Shown here piece by piece: positions 12,560-23,933 of a DNA stretch of 42,064 bases (positions are counted from its first letter, which is position 1; each line of letters starts with the position of its first letter). Where the stretch lies: the NCBI RefSeq assembly GCF_001194135.2, contig NC_068985.1, forward strand, positions 120,837,015 through 120,879,078, in the 5' to 3' direction. The position numbers were made by a program, and so were the translations under genes. Origin of the DNA: Octopus bimaculoides. Lineage: Eukaryota. The notes under the pieces were generated by a model, which had not been told where the DNA came from, searched no databases, and saw only the letters and a list, made by a program, of their open reading frames with translations.

Positions 12560-13010
12560 GATGCACACAACACACAAAAGTCATTGTTCAATCTGGGAAA
12601 GAACAACCAAATATTCCTTAAATTTCATCTTATTATCTTCAGGAAGACATGTTGGCTAGTGTGGTTTTGCTTCTTCATGTGAACAGAATGTTTCCATCAT
12701 GGACTGTCTCCGAACTGATTGACAAATTGCAGAAATAGTTGCATATTCATCATGCTTCAAGAGTCGAAGGCCAGATTACGTTTTGTAATGCTGACACATC
12801 TGATCAAGTCCGTGAAAAGCTTCATCTGGCCAAACCGCGACTAATGGTGAAGTGGTAAATAATATGCAAATATATTCAGAGATATTTCAATGAAATCTTG
12901 CACAACATATATGTCGTGAGTAAAGATGTTTGAGCAAGATGTATCCCGAAACAACTCACAGAATTGCACAATAATCGAAACGACTTTTGGGTCGCTATGG
13001 TAACAAAAGA
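12560..13010 (+). mobile_element. Ancient mariner transposase remnant (N-terminal HTH region to the WVP motif)
   Basis: Fragments read TVSELIDKLQK (cf. SVYEWIEKFKNG), GEVVNNMQI and EILHNIYVVSKDV*ARCIPKQLTELHN (cf. ILH..LG.RKVCARWVPKQLTE). Stops and frameshifts throughout. Confidence 0.6.
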
Positions 13011-13098
13011 AATGAGTTATCGGAAAACATTGATACTGGATATTTAGAAGTACATTGCAGGTATTTAATCACGTACTTCTACACACCACAAAATATGA

Positions 13099-13228
13099 AT
13101 GTGTGTGTGTGTGTGTGAGTGTGTGTGTGTGAGTGTGTGTGTGTGTGAGTGTGTGTGAGTGTGTGTGAGTGTGAGTGTGTGAGTGTGTGTGAGTGTGTGT
13201 GTGTGAGTGTGTGTGTGAGAGAGAGAGA
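13099..13228. repeat. (GT)n/(GTGTGA)n/(GA)n compound microsatellite
   Basis: Directly visible. Confidence 0.95.
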
Positions 13229-13489
13229 TAGTATGCATGTTTATTTATATATATGTATGTATATATATTCATGTATGTATATTGAAAATGTAAATATATA
13301 TGCACAATTATTCATTTTTATACACACACACACACACGCACGCACACGCACGCATACAAACAAACACACACCCATATGCATACATAACTTCCAGCTATGA
13401 TCCAACATTTAACAGTCAAGTGCTATCAACATTTATCAAATAATCCTTTGCAATTAGCCCCATTTTTTACTTCAAATTAATCATTTTTA

Positions 13490-13524
<35 letters not shown>

Positions 13525-13743
13525 NNNNNNNNNNNNNNNNNNNNNNNNNNNNNNNNNNNNNNNNNNNNNNNNNNNNNNNNNNNNNNNNNNNNNNNNNNNN
13601 NNNNNNNNNNNNNNNNNNNNNNNNNNNNNNNNNNNNNGGAGGAGGAGGAGGAGGACAACGACAACAATATCAAAAATAATGATTTTATTTCTGTTTTCAA
13701 ACCTTCATCGCATTATTCTAATTCTCGTAGCTTCCATTTTTAT

Positions 13744-13790
<47 letters not shown>

Positions 13791-14043
13791 AAAACTTTCC
13801 TCTCTTCTTTCTGTCTCTCTTACCCGCTTTCTTCCCTTTCCTTTTATGTTGTTTCTTTATTATCATCATTGTTCAATGTGACATTTCCTAGGGATTATAA
13901 TCTAAATCTTATTACCACCAGCTATCTTATATTCACATAAGTATTAACATACATTTATACTTACAATAGCCACAACTACTCACATGTGCATGCATATATT
14001 GACACCTACACATTTGCGTATACATACATATACATATATATAC

Positions 14044-14085
<42 letters not shown>

Positions 14086-14303
14086 AGATGGAGACAGGTC
14101 ACAAAAGGGACAGAGGGTACTGACTAGCACTGCTTTTGCTAAAAATAAGACTCTAAAACCACAAAAAGCTTTGTTTTAATGACTGACAAAGAGAGATGTC
14201 ACTTTTGCGACCTCTATTAATTTTGCCTTTAGGTTCTAATTGTTAATAAGTCACCCTTTCCAATTTGTTATATATATATCAGTCTGTTAAAGACTGTCAT
14301 ACC

Positions 14304-14343
14304 GGCCATGACGAAGGGAAATAGCCCTGAAACTCGAGTCGCC
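14304..14343 (+). ncRNA. Minimal type I hammerhead-ribozyme-like motif (Penelope-like element/retrozyme type), core possibly mutated
   Basis: GGC-c-a-TGACGA-A-GGG-aaatag-CCC-T-GAAA-C-TCGA-GTC-GCC. Stem I GGC/GCC, stem II (A)GGG/CCC(T), palindromic stem III ACTCGAGT, GUC cleavage triplet. An extra A interrupts the CUGANGA box (CATGACGA). Confidence 0.55.
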
Positions 14344-14940
14344 TTTATATATATATATTTATATTTATATATTTATATATTTGATCCTTTATATTGAACA
14401 CTCAATATTTCATCTACATTCAATACTTTATTTCATGGTGCCATCCATTTTTATTTTATTCTATATTATATATTGTATATTATATTATATATTGTATATT
14501 CCATATTCTATACCCCACATTAGTTCTGCAGGAATATAAATAAAACATAAAAAACAGACAGTGTTGGAACTCTTTTAAGCAAAATAATATATTCCTCTAT
14601 ACACAATCATACAAAAAAATCCACCTTTTTTTGTNNNNNNNNNNNNNNNNNNNNNNNNNNNNNNNNNNNNNNNNNNNNNNNNNNNNNNNNNNNNNNNNNN
14701 NNNNNNNNNNNNNNNNNNNNNNNNNNNNNNNNNNNNNNNNNNNNNNNNNNNNNNNNNNNNNNNNNNNNNNNNNNNNNNNNNNNNNNNNNNNNNNNNNNNN
14801 NNNNNNNNNNNNNNNNNNNNNNNNNNNNNNNNNNNNNNNNNNNNNNNNNNNNNNNNNNNNNNNNNNNNNNNNNNNNNNNNNNNNNNNNNNNNNNNNNNNN
14901 NNNNNNNNNNNNNNNNNNNNNTACATACAATACATATATA

Positions 14941-15135
14941 CATTTATTTCTTTATTACCCACAGGGGGCTAAACACAGAGGGGGTCAAACAAGGACAGAC
15001 AAGAGGATTGAGTCGATTACATCGGCCCAGTGCATAACTAGTACTTATGTAATCGACCCCGAAAGGATGAAAGGCAAAGTTGACCTCGGCGGAGTTTGAT
15101 CTCAGAGCGTGATGGCAGACGAAATACCGCTAAAT
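14941..15135 (-). mobile_element. tRNA-derived SINE family B (5' end lost)
   Basis: Reverse complement gives gcggtatttcgtctgcc...tctgagatcaaactccgccgaggtcaactttgcctttcatcctttcggggtcgattacataagtactagtta...gtttagccccctgtgggtaataaagaaataaatg; same family as 23452-23661. Confidence 0.85.
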
Positions 15136-15218
15136 GCACACACGCGAAATATCTGCGGGCTAAATGCACACACACGCAATTATATATATAAATATATAAA
15201 TATATATATATATAAATA

Positions 15219-15757
15219 CAGGGTTTGGACAAAATAATGGAAACACCTTAAAGTTCAAACAAATTTATTTTAATATGGGGTAGGACCGCCTTTAGCAGTA
15301 ATTACAGCTTGAATTCTACGAGGTGTGGACTCGTACAAAGTTTGAATTGTTTCCAAAGGAAGTTTTGTCCATTCTTCAGCTAAAACAGTCTCCCATACTT
15401 GTAGTGATGACGGTGGAGGATAACAACTCCTTACTTGTTTTTCTAAAAGGCACTATAAATAACACTGAGATCTGGGGACTGTGGTGGCCAGATAAGATGT
15501 TCAACTTCACTAGAATATTCCTCGTGCCATTCAATAACTTTAGCTGTTCCAATTGGTGCAATATCATCCTGAAAGATTGTTTCCCCCAGGAAACAGTTCC
15601 GCAACCATAGGATGAATTTGATCAGATAAAATACTTAAATAGTCTTGACTATTAATTCTGCCATGAAGGGAAACCATTGAGCCAGCAGATTTCCAAGAAA
15701 TAGCAGCCCCACGAGATTATCACAGATCCTCCTCCATGTTTAACAGTTTGAAGACTG
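15219..15757 (-). mobile_element. Tc1-family DNA transposon, 3' half with one TIR; degenerate DD34E-type transposase
   Basis: TA (15217-15218) followed by TIR-like CAGGGTTTGGACAAAATAATGGAAACACC. Minus strand reads TVKHGGGSV..., IFQDDIAPIGTAK, EVEHLIWPPQSPDL and ...IQAVITAKGGPTPY*, with frameshifts. Confidence 0.9.
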
Positions 15758-16334
15758 TATATATATAAAATATATATATATAAATTATATATATATAAAA
15801 TATAAACAGCTATGCACAATGCGTTACCATGAAGGAAANNNNNNNNNNATGTATGTATGTATGTATTTATGTATGTAAGTATATATACACAAAATGGAAC
15901 AAAACGCAATAGAGAACAATAAAACATTCGGACAGATAGACTATACGAAGGCGGATAGGAGAAGCTAGCGAATGTGTACGGCAACAAAGACAGAAAACAG
16001 AGATCATGGTACACAATTAGAAATACAAACAACAAGAATTCATACACGGTAAGAGTGTGCGAAAGAATTATAAGCAGAGGAGGAGGAAATGTGGGGAGAT
16101 TTTTGTTTAAATTTTTAATATAATAGTCTTCTTTAGAAAATTAGTATTCATTTCATCCTTTTGTATCACTACCAAGAAATTCGATAAAAAAAATTAATAT
16201 TTATTGTTATAATGCCAGATTTCCTGACATTAGCCATGGCAGCAAAAGCATACTTCCAAACTTACCGGTCATTTAACGAGTAATATCAGTATTAAAATAT
16301 ACTTGCTGTGCACATCGTATGGATCCAATTTTTA

Positions 16335-16420
16335 ACCTACGGCAAAATTTGAACTCAAGTCACAAAGAATCGGTACAAATAACACCAAGCATCCGGCCCA
16401 GTACTCTAAATTCTCCCCTA
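16335..16420 (-). mobile_element. Short degenerate SINE family B head fragment
   Basis: ggcaaaatttgaactcaagtcacaaag...aacaccaagcatccggcccagtactctaa is similar to 15088-15135 (ggagtttgatctcagagc...gaaataccgctaa). Confidence 0.5.
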
Positions 16421-16550
16421 GGTGTATCGTCTATTATGCGTACTTTATTTATCGATATCCTGGAATTGCTAGCATAAAACTTTGGTATCGAGAGCTATAC
16501 CAGCCCCGAATTGGACGTCACCATACTATTCCAAATGCCCCAGCTATCAC

Positions 16551-16647
16551 GGGCACATGGCGTAGTGTTTAAGAACGCAGGCTACTAACCCCAAGATTCC
16601 GAATTCGATTCCAAGCAATGACCTTAATAATAATAATAATAATAATA

Positions 16648-16717
<70 letters not shown>

Positions 16718-16862
16718 GTCGAAAATTCCCCAAGAGACCTGATGAAGGCTGGAGGGTATATCAGTCGAAACGTTAACAACAAACAAGATGAGGACAAATA
16801 TCTGTCAAATGTAAATAATGTAAATAAAGTACGTAATTCCTCATCTCTTAAATATAGAACTG
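16551..16862 (+). mobile_element. Composite SINE-like insertion: tRNA-like head + (AAT)n + hammerhead-bearing (Penelope-like) tail
   Basis: A-box TGGCGTAGTG (16558-16567), anticodon-arm-like GGCTACTAACC, B-box-like GAATTCGATTCC (16601-16612); (AAT)n 16625-16716; CTGATGA...GAAAC at 16739-16771; TSD TATCAC (16545-16550)/TATCTC (16863-16868). Confidence 0.8.
16733..16776 (+). ncRNA. Degenerate type I hammerhead-ribozyme-like core
   Basis: CTGATGA-A-GGCTG-gagggtatat-CAGTC-GAAA-CGTT: intact CUGAUGA and GAAA boxes, 5-bp stem II with one G-U, palindromic AACGTT stem III. The stem I partner is not found in this copy. Confidence 0.55.
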
Positions 16863-18120
16863 TATCTCGTCTAGATTGAGGACCATGTACTGCAATAGCG
16901 TTAGATTCAAGGGCCCACAGCTAGTTAACGCCTTGCCAAAACATCTGAAGAATCTTCATAGAGTAGAGGTAAATGTTTACAAGAAACAACTCGGCCTCCT
17001 GGTATCAAAGGTTTCAGATGAACCTATATCGCGGCAGGAAACTCAAAGGAGGGCAGCGGTGTCGCACTCATCCCTTCACCAAAAGCCAGTCGCATAAGAT
17101 TAGTCATTGAAAAAGTGATTAGCTGAAAGTTGTAGAGGAATAAAAGAATACTTTGAAAGGATAAAAGGCAAGGATGGACTTGTGCTGATTCCAGGCTAGA
17201 ACTGCTTGGGAAAAGTCGCTGAAGGCGTTTTGGTTTTTTGAAATCTATCACGCAGCTGCCGACATACTGCATACTACCAATGATGCAAATAATATATTTA
17301 AAAATTTATCCTGAATGTAAAATGTAAAAAAGAAAAAAAAATGAAAGGGAAAAAGACATTAACGCAATTAGATTTAACATATATTGCGTTTTACTCGTTT
17401 TTTTGTTTTGTTTGTTTTTTTGTTTTTTTTTTCAGAGAATCCTGCGCTGAACCAACAGAGACAAGTAATCAATAATTAGACCGTGGGAAGTTGTAATCAT
17501 TATACATAATTAAGCTTAAACTTTAAAAAATTACTTGCGAAATTGGTTGTAAGCCCAATGGCATACAATAAACTAATAAGAATAAAATAATATGAAACAA
17601 AAATATGAAATAATATTAAAAAAAAAGATATGAAACAATCTAAAATAAAAATATAAAAATTTCATTATATATTTATAGCAAAATACTAATGAGGGACTGG
17701 ATATTGTTATCTTCTGCAAATTAACTGCGCCTACATTATTTCCGTCACGAGAAAAAAAAATGTTTCAAGTCCCATAACCCAATAAGTCGTAAGATCACTG
17801 ATTGGATGCTTTGTCTTACTATAATATAATTAGGTGAAATGAAAATATTGCCGTTTTTTGAAATTAGGATTTGGTGTGCATGGTGTTTATTGCTTCTGCT
17901 TTGCAAATATATATCGTGATTAATGAACACATTCCAAATATTACTTTATACTTTAACCTTTGGAGTTTATATAATGGCTTAATACACATATGCATAAGGG
18001 AGTCACACATACACTCACGTGCGCACATACACACACTCACATGCACACACGCATACGTACATACATAAATACATACATATATACACACACAGACACACAC
18101 ATACGCACACATATATGTAT

Positions 18121-18335
18121 AGGCGCAAGACTGGCTGTGTGGAAAGAGGCTTGCTTACCAACCACATGTTTTCGGGTTCCGTCGCACTCCATGGAAACTT
18201 GGGTAAGTTTCTTCTACAATAGCCTCAGGCCGACCAAAGCCTTGTGAGTAGATTTGGTAGCCAGTCGTTTATATATATATATATGTATTTGTTATTTGTG
18301 TCTATTTTGTCCCCCACCATCGCTTGACAAGCCAT
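18121..18335 (+). mobile_element. SINE family A, 3'-truncated at the junction with the R4-like LINE fragment
   Basis: ggctgtgtggaaagaggcttgcttaccaaccacatg...gcctcaggccgaccaaagccttgtgagtagatttggtag, short (TA)n, then tttgtcccccaccatcgcttgacaa. Confidence 0.85.
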
Positions 18336-18345
18336 GAGGTCGATT

Positions 18346-18865
18346 TGGCACCACGTCTACTCTCTTCATTGACCACTTCAAATCATCATAGTTGTTCAGT
18401 TTTTCCTCTTCTTCCTGTTTGATCTTGTTGTGGCCAGGACATACTATGTTGATTATCATGCATGTGTTTTCTGTATTTTTTCCCACCACAACGATATCTG
18501 GTTTCCGATATCTGGTCAGGTGATCACATTGAATCATTGTATTTCATAGAATTTCGCAATTTTCATTCTCAGTGTTGGTCTTTGTAGGCTGTGATTTCCA
18601 CCGTGCTCCCAAAGGATCTTTTTTTGCCACATTCTCACGTCGTCTAACGATGTGCCATGCTATTTCACCCCACTCACCACACATTCTGCATTTATCGCTG
18701 TCGATAGTGTTGTCGATTCAGCACTTCACATTGTTAGTCTTTTACGCTTGTTCTTGAGCTGCGCACATAAGTGCTTCTGTCTGTATCTTCAGGTCACTCC
18801 TCCTCATCCATAGTCACCGGTCTTCTGTATCTGTCTCTGCGTTTGCATCTCTAGCAAACTGACCT
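18346..18865 (-). mobile_element. RLE-type (R4/Dong-like) LINE fragment: CCHC knuckle + restriction-like endonuclease
   Basis: Minus strand, with frameshifts: WMRRSDLKIQTEALMCAAQEQA, DKCRMCGEWGEIAWHIV, CEIL*NTMIQCDHLTRYRKPDIVVV...CMIINIVCPGHNKIKQEEEEKLNNYDDLK. Abuts (ATT)n at 18868-18990. Confidence 0.9.
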
Positions 18866-18867
18866 TT

Positions 18868-18906
18868 ACTATTATCATTATCATTATTATTATCATTACT
18901 ATTACA

Positions 18907-18977
<71 letters not shown>

Positions 18978-18990
18978 CATTATTATTCTC
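18868..18990. repeat. (ATT)n microsatellite with degenerate edges
   Basis: Directly visible. Confidence 0.97.
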
Positions 18991-19903
18991 ATTGGCTCAG
19001 AATATTACTTTCTAAGACTAGATATTGATGTGTTAAATTATTGCAACATGTCTGAAATATTAAAATATGTACAAAAATAACTTTAAAAACACATACACAC
19101 ACACACATACACATACACGCACGCACTCACACACACGCACACATACATACATATATACATACCTACATGAATATGTATATATATATATATATNNNNNNNN
19201 NNNNNNNNNNNNNNNNNNNNNNNNNNNNNNNNNNNNNNNNNNNNNNNNNNNNNNNNNNNNNNNNNNNNNNNNNNNNNNNNNNNNNNNNNNNNNNNNNNNN
19301 NNNNNNNNNNNNNNNNNNNNNNNNNNNNNNNNNNNNNNNNNNNNNNNNNNNNNNNNNNNNNNNNNNNNNNNNNNNNNNNNNNNNNNNNNNNNNNNNNNNN
19401 NNNNNNNNNNNNNNNNNNNNNNNNNNNNNNNNNNNNNNNNNNNNNNNNNNNNNNNNNNNNNNNNNNNNNNNNNNNNNNNNNNNNNNNNNNNNNNNNNNNN
19501 NNNNNNNNNNNNNNNNNNNNNNNNNNNNNNNNNNNNNNNNNNNNNNNNNNNNNNNNNNNNNNNNNNNNNNNNNNNNNNNNNNNNNNNNNNNNNNNNNNNN
19601 NNNNNNNNNNNNNNNNNNNNNNNNNNNNNNNNNNNNNNNNNNNNNNNNNNNNNNNNNNNNNNNNNNNNNNNNNNNNNNNNNNNNNNNNNNNNNNNNNNNN
19701 NNNNNNNNNNNNNNNNNNNNNNATTTACAAATATTATAATAATTTGTTTTCAAATTGTAAAATAGCCTCATATTATTCATTTCCTATGTATTTTGTATTT
19801 TTTCTGTGTTTGCTTTTTTATTTTTTTTTTTTTTCTTAATATAATTCGAGAAAGATATAGATTTTTGTGACGGAAGGTGGTGAAAAGTGATAAGATTTCG
19901 GTG

Positions 19904-20327
19904 AGGATGATGATGATGATGATGATGAAGAAAATGATGATCGTGCTGATCATGATGATTATGATGGTCATGGTGAGGTGGGAATGGTAGCGGTGGCAAT
20001 AGTGACAATGATGATGATGATGATGATGATAGTAGCCGTGAGATTGTTGGTGTTACTGCTGTTGACGTTGTTGTTGTTGTTGGTGGTGGTGGTGATGGTG
20101 GTGGTGGTGGTGGTGGTGTTGGGGACGTGGCAGTTGAGGTGGTTGTTTAGGATGATGGTATTTACCGAGTCAACAATGCACACGACTATAGCGACGATGA
20201 TGAGGAGGAGAGAGAAGGAGCCAGAGGAGGAGGGGAAGAGCCAGAGGAGGAGAGGAGTAGCCATAGGAGTGGAAGGAGGAGTGGAATGAGGAGGAGGTGG
20301 ACGAGGATGAGGAGGGGAAGAGGAGGC
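19904..20327. repeat. (GAT)n/(GGT)n/(GAG)n low-complexity tract
   Basis: Successive trinucleotide runs; the translations are homopolymeric. Confidence 0.9.
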
Positions 20328-20394
20328 GGTGGCGGAGACGGTGGCGGAGACGGTGGCGGAGACGGTGGCGGAGACGGTGGCGGAGACGGTGGCG
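20328..20394. repeat. Perfect 12-bp GC-rich minisatellite (GGTGGCGGAGAC)n running into an 851-N gap
   Basis: Five identical units plus a partial sixth before the gap. Confidence 0.95.
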
Positions 20395-21245
20395 NNNNNN
20401 NNNNNNNNNNNNNNNNNNNNNNNNNNNNNNNNNNNNNNNNNNNNNNNNNNNNNNNNNNNNNNNNNNNNNNNNNNNNNNNNNNNNNNNNNNNNNNNNNNNN
20501 NNNNNNNNNNNNNNNNNNNNNNNNNNNNNNNNNNNNNNNNNNNNNNNNNNNNNNNNNNNNNNNNNNNNNNNNNNNNNNNNNNNNNNNNNNNNNNNNNNNN
20601 NNNNNNNNNNNNNNNNNNNNNNNNNNNNNNNNNNNNNNNNNNNNNNNNNNNNNNNNNNNNNNNNNNNNNNNNNNNNNNNNNNNNNNNNNNNNNNNNNNNN
20701 NNNNNNNNNNNNNNNNNNNNNNNNNNNNNNNNNNNNNNNNNNNNNNNNNNNNNNNNNNNNNNNNNNNNNNNNNNNNNNNNNNNNNNNNNNNNNNNNNNNN
20801 NNNNNNNNNNNNNNNNNNNNNNNNNNNNNNNNNNNNNNNNNNNNNNNNNNNNNNNNNNNNNNNNNNNNNNNNNNNNNNNNNNNNNNNNNNNNNNNNNNNN
20901 NNNNNNNNNNNNNNNNNNNNNNNNNNNNNNNNNNNNNNNNNNNNNNNNNNNNNNNNNNNNNNNNNNNNNNNNNNNNNNNNNNNNNNNNNNNNNNNNNNNN
21001 NNNNNNNNNNNNNNNNNNNNNNNNNNNNNNNNNNNNNNNNNNNNNNNNNNNNNNNNNNNNNNNNNNNNNNNNNNNNNNNNNNNNNNNNNNNNNNNNNNNN
21101 NNNNNNNNNNNNNNNNNNNNNNNNNNNNNNNNNNNNNNNNNNNNNNNNNNNNNNNNNNNNNNNNNNNNNNNNNNNNNNNNNNNNNNNNNNNNNNNNNNNN
21201 NNNNNNNNNNNNNNNNNNNNNNNNNNNNNNNNNNNNNNNNNNNNN

Positions 21246-21356
21246 GTAGGTAGGTAGGTAGGTAGGTAGGTAGGTGGGTAGGTAGGTAGGTAGGTAGGTA
21301 GGTAGGTAGGTGGGTAGGTAGGTTGGTAGGTAGGTGGGTAGGTAGGTTGGTAGGTA
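21246..21356. repeat. (GTAG)n microsatellite
   Basis: Directly visible; also at 185-228 and 25778-25864. Confidence 0.95.
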
Positions 21357-21642
21357 GAGATGAGAGATAAAAGCAAAAGCTTGGCATTTCTTTATTGCAT
21401 CCGTTACACATGTTTCTGTATTAGAACAGAGAAAAATATGCAACACATGAAATAAAGGAATACCAAGATCAAAATATATGTATACTGGCTTTAGATTACA
21501 CACACACATACACACACAAACACACGCACACACACACACGTATGCGTAGGTTCCCGGTTCCCGGTCCCATGCAAGATATAGATGTTACATGGAGCTGTTC
21601 CAGCTATGGTGTTTGCATAAAACAACACAAGTGGGTGATAAA

Positions 21643-21868
21643 AGATTCACGGCAGCTGTTTCAGCAACATTTTTTAGTGATGAATATTCCGATAACTAAG
21701 ATTACACTATGAAAAAATTCTCGCTCTACCGATGCCTTGCATAGTGAGTTGATTTAAATATGTTTAAATTCGCCTGAAAAGAGCAGGTGTTTTGTTTTTT
21801 GTGATGTAATCATAGTAATCGAACTGTTCGACAGTAACAAATGCTACTGAAACAGCTGTTGTGAATCT
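21643..21868. mobile_element. Non-autonomous TIR element (MITE-like, ~225 bp)
   Basis: Left AGATTCACGGCAGCTGTTTCAGCAACATTT versus reverse complement of the right end AGATTCACAACAGCTGTTTCAGTAGCATTT: 26/30 identical. No ORF inside. Confidence 0.65.
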
Positions 21869-22074
21869 GTAAGCTCCACTTCTGTTCTTCTTTTATACAT
21901 ATGTATGTATATATTTACGTATCTATGTATCTAACTCAAAAATAATTTCGCTTGTATATCCAAATTATATGAGCGCCTTCTTCCCTTTTCAATTAGAAAA
22001 AAAGAAAACATGCCTAATACAAGCAATAAATAAAAAATAGACAGACAGACAGACAGACAAACAGACAGCCAGAC

Positions 22075-22130
<56 letters not shown>

Positions 22131-22610
22131 CTGCTTATCTGATGTACTTTGCTGCTGAAATGAAGTGCAATGTTAAAAAAGAGGGAAAATGACATTTGTA
22201 CATGTACCTGCGAACCATGCCAATATGGCAAATAGGTTAGTTAGCATAATATGCCATTATAACCTGGAGAACCTATTGTTTGGGCATTAAAAGGCCAGGA
22301 TAGAAGGTCACATTTCGAGGATTAACTAACCTCCCTGGTTCTTAGTTTATTCCTGAGCGTACAAAAAGAATCCTATGTGTTTAGCAACTAAAGAAATGCG
22401 TTGATTATACTCTGTATTGTTGTAGTGTATTCCGTGTATGTTTCGTTATCAAACTAATGCAAATGACACTCATCATAATCTTTACTGCATGGTACATTCA
22501 AAATGGTGGTAAACCACTAATAGCAGTCTGTATGTGTATATATATATATATGTGTGTTTGCGTGTGTGTGTGCATGTATGTACATGGATATATGTATGTA
22601 TGTGTATATA

Positions 22611-22655
<45 letters not shown>

Positions 22656-22738
22656 ATAATCAATATGTGTATATATACACACATATATGGGTGTTTGTGT
22701 GTGAGTGCGTGAGTGTCTTTTCACGGATAGGTATATGT

Positions 22739-22812
<74 letters not shown>

Positions 22813-23151
22813 ATACGTCCACACACACACACACTTTCACACAAGCATTCATACACACCCACATATACACGCACAAACACACACACATACATACTCACAT
22901 ATATAAGCAAATATGCATATGCGGGTGTTGCACGCGTATGCGTGCGTGTGTGTGTGTGTTGGTATGTGCGTTTGTGTGTGTGCACGGGCGCGTATTGTGT
23001 GTATGTCTCTTCTGACGATAAACGATTATCTCTAGGAAGATCAGAAGATGAATGAAATCTAGTATGAAAGAGGAAAAGAGAATACGATGGAAAGAGAAAA
23101 GCAGAAAGAGAAGAGAGACAGAGGGGGTAAGAAACAGAAAGTGAGATAGAT

Positions 23152-23197
<46 letters not shown>

Positions 23198-23451
23198 TGA
23201 CATGAAATAGGCGAAGTGAAACATAAAACTAATTATATTGCTACCCATTTCTTAATAAACCGTTCATATTCGATGCGTATCGATCGGTACAAAAATGATA
23301 TCGGTGGACTCATCCATATCACCTTACATTTCCTTCTGTTTAGAGCGTATAGCGTATATCATGATACGATAGTAACTGTAAGTAATATATGTATGTATGT
23401 ACATATATGTATGTATGTACATATATGTATGTACATATATGTACATATCTG

Positions 23452-23661
23452 CAAGTTGGCAGATTCTTTAGCACTCTGGGCAAAATTCTTGGCGACATTG
23501 CGTCCGTCTTTACGTTGTGGGTTCAAATTCGACCGAGATCGACTTTGCTTTCCATCCTTTCAGGGTCGATAAAATAAGTATCAGTTAAGCATTGTGGTCG
23601 ATGAACTCAACTTCCCCACCCTCCCGAGCTTACTGGCCTTGTACTCAAATTTGAGATCAAT
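23452..23661 (+). mobile_element. tRNA-derived SINE family B
   Basis: gttggcagattctttagcactctgggcaaaattc...gggttcaaattcgaccgagatcgactttgctttccatcctttcagggtcgataaaataagtatcag; B-box GGTTCAAAT. Confidence 0.85.
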
Positions 23662-23892
23662 ATGTATATGTGTGTGTGTGTATATATATATATATATACA
23701 TATAAACAAATAGTAAATGAGTATATGCATATATACGTACAGGTATGTGCATACCGACATACACCTGTATGTATAGGTGCATATCTGGGTACAGGACATT
23801 GCAAACAAAACGTAGACAAGAAAACACACAAGCCACACAGAGAACACTCTCCTTCATCAGCTACCCCCGTTTTAACACCGGCGTTTCGAAGA

Positions 23893-23933
<41 letters not shown>

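Larger units (their letters stand above)
16455..17130 (+). mobile_element. 3' end of a CR1/L2-like LINE (RT C-terminus), split by the insertion at 16551-16862
   Basis: The left part reads NFGIESYTS/(fs)YQPRIGRHHTIPNAPAI. The right part reads SSRLRTMYCNSVRFKGPQLVNALPKHLKNLHRVEVNVYKKQLGLLVSKVSDEP...RRAAVSHSSLHQ, matching the GP.LFN.LP..LRN...FK..LD..L..VPDEP C-terminus of CR1/L2-group RTs. The halves join in frame after the insert is excised. Confidence 0.8.

Noticed and set aside
16551-16624. Functional tRNA gene
   Set aside because: Acceptor stem does not pair, the B box is mutated and the sequence is part of a TSD-flanked retroposon; it is a SINE head.
19968-21539. Longest ORFs in the track (523, 413, 396 aa)
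   Set aside because: They run through an 851-N gap and consist of microsatellite translations (LPTY, ATVS, TTT).
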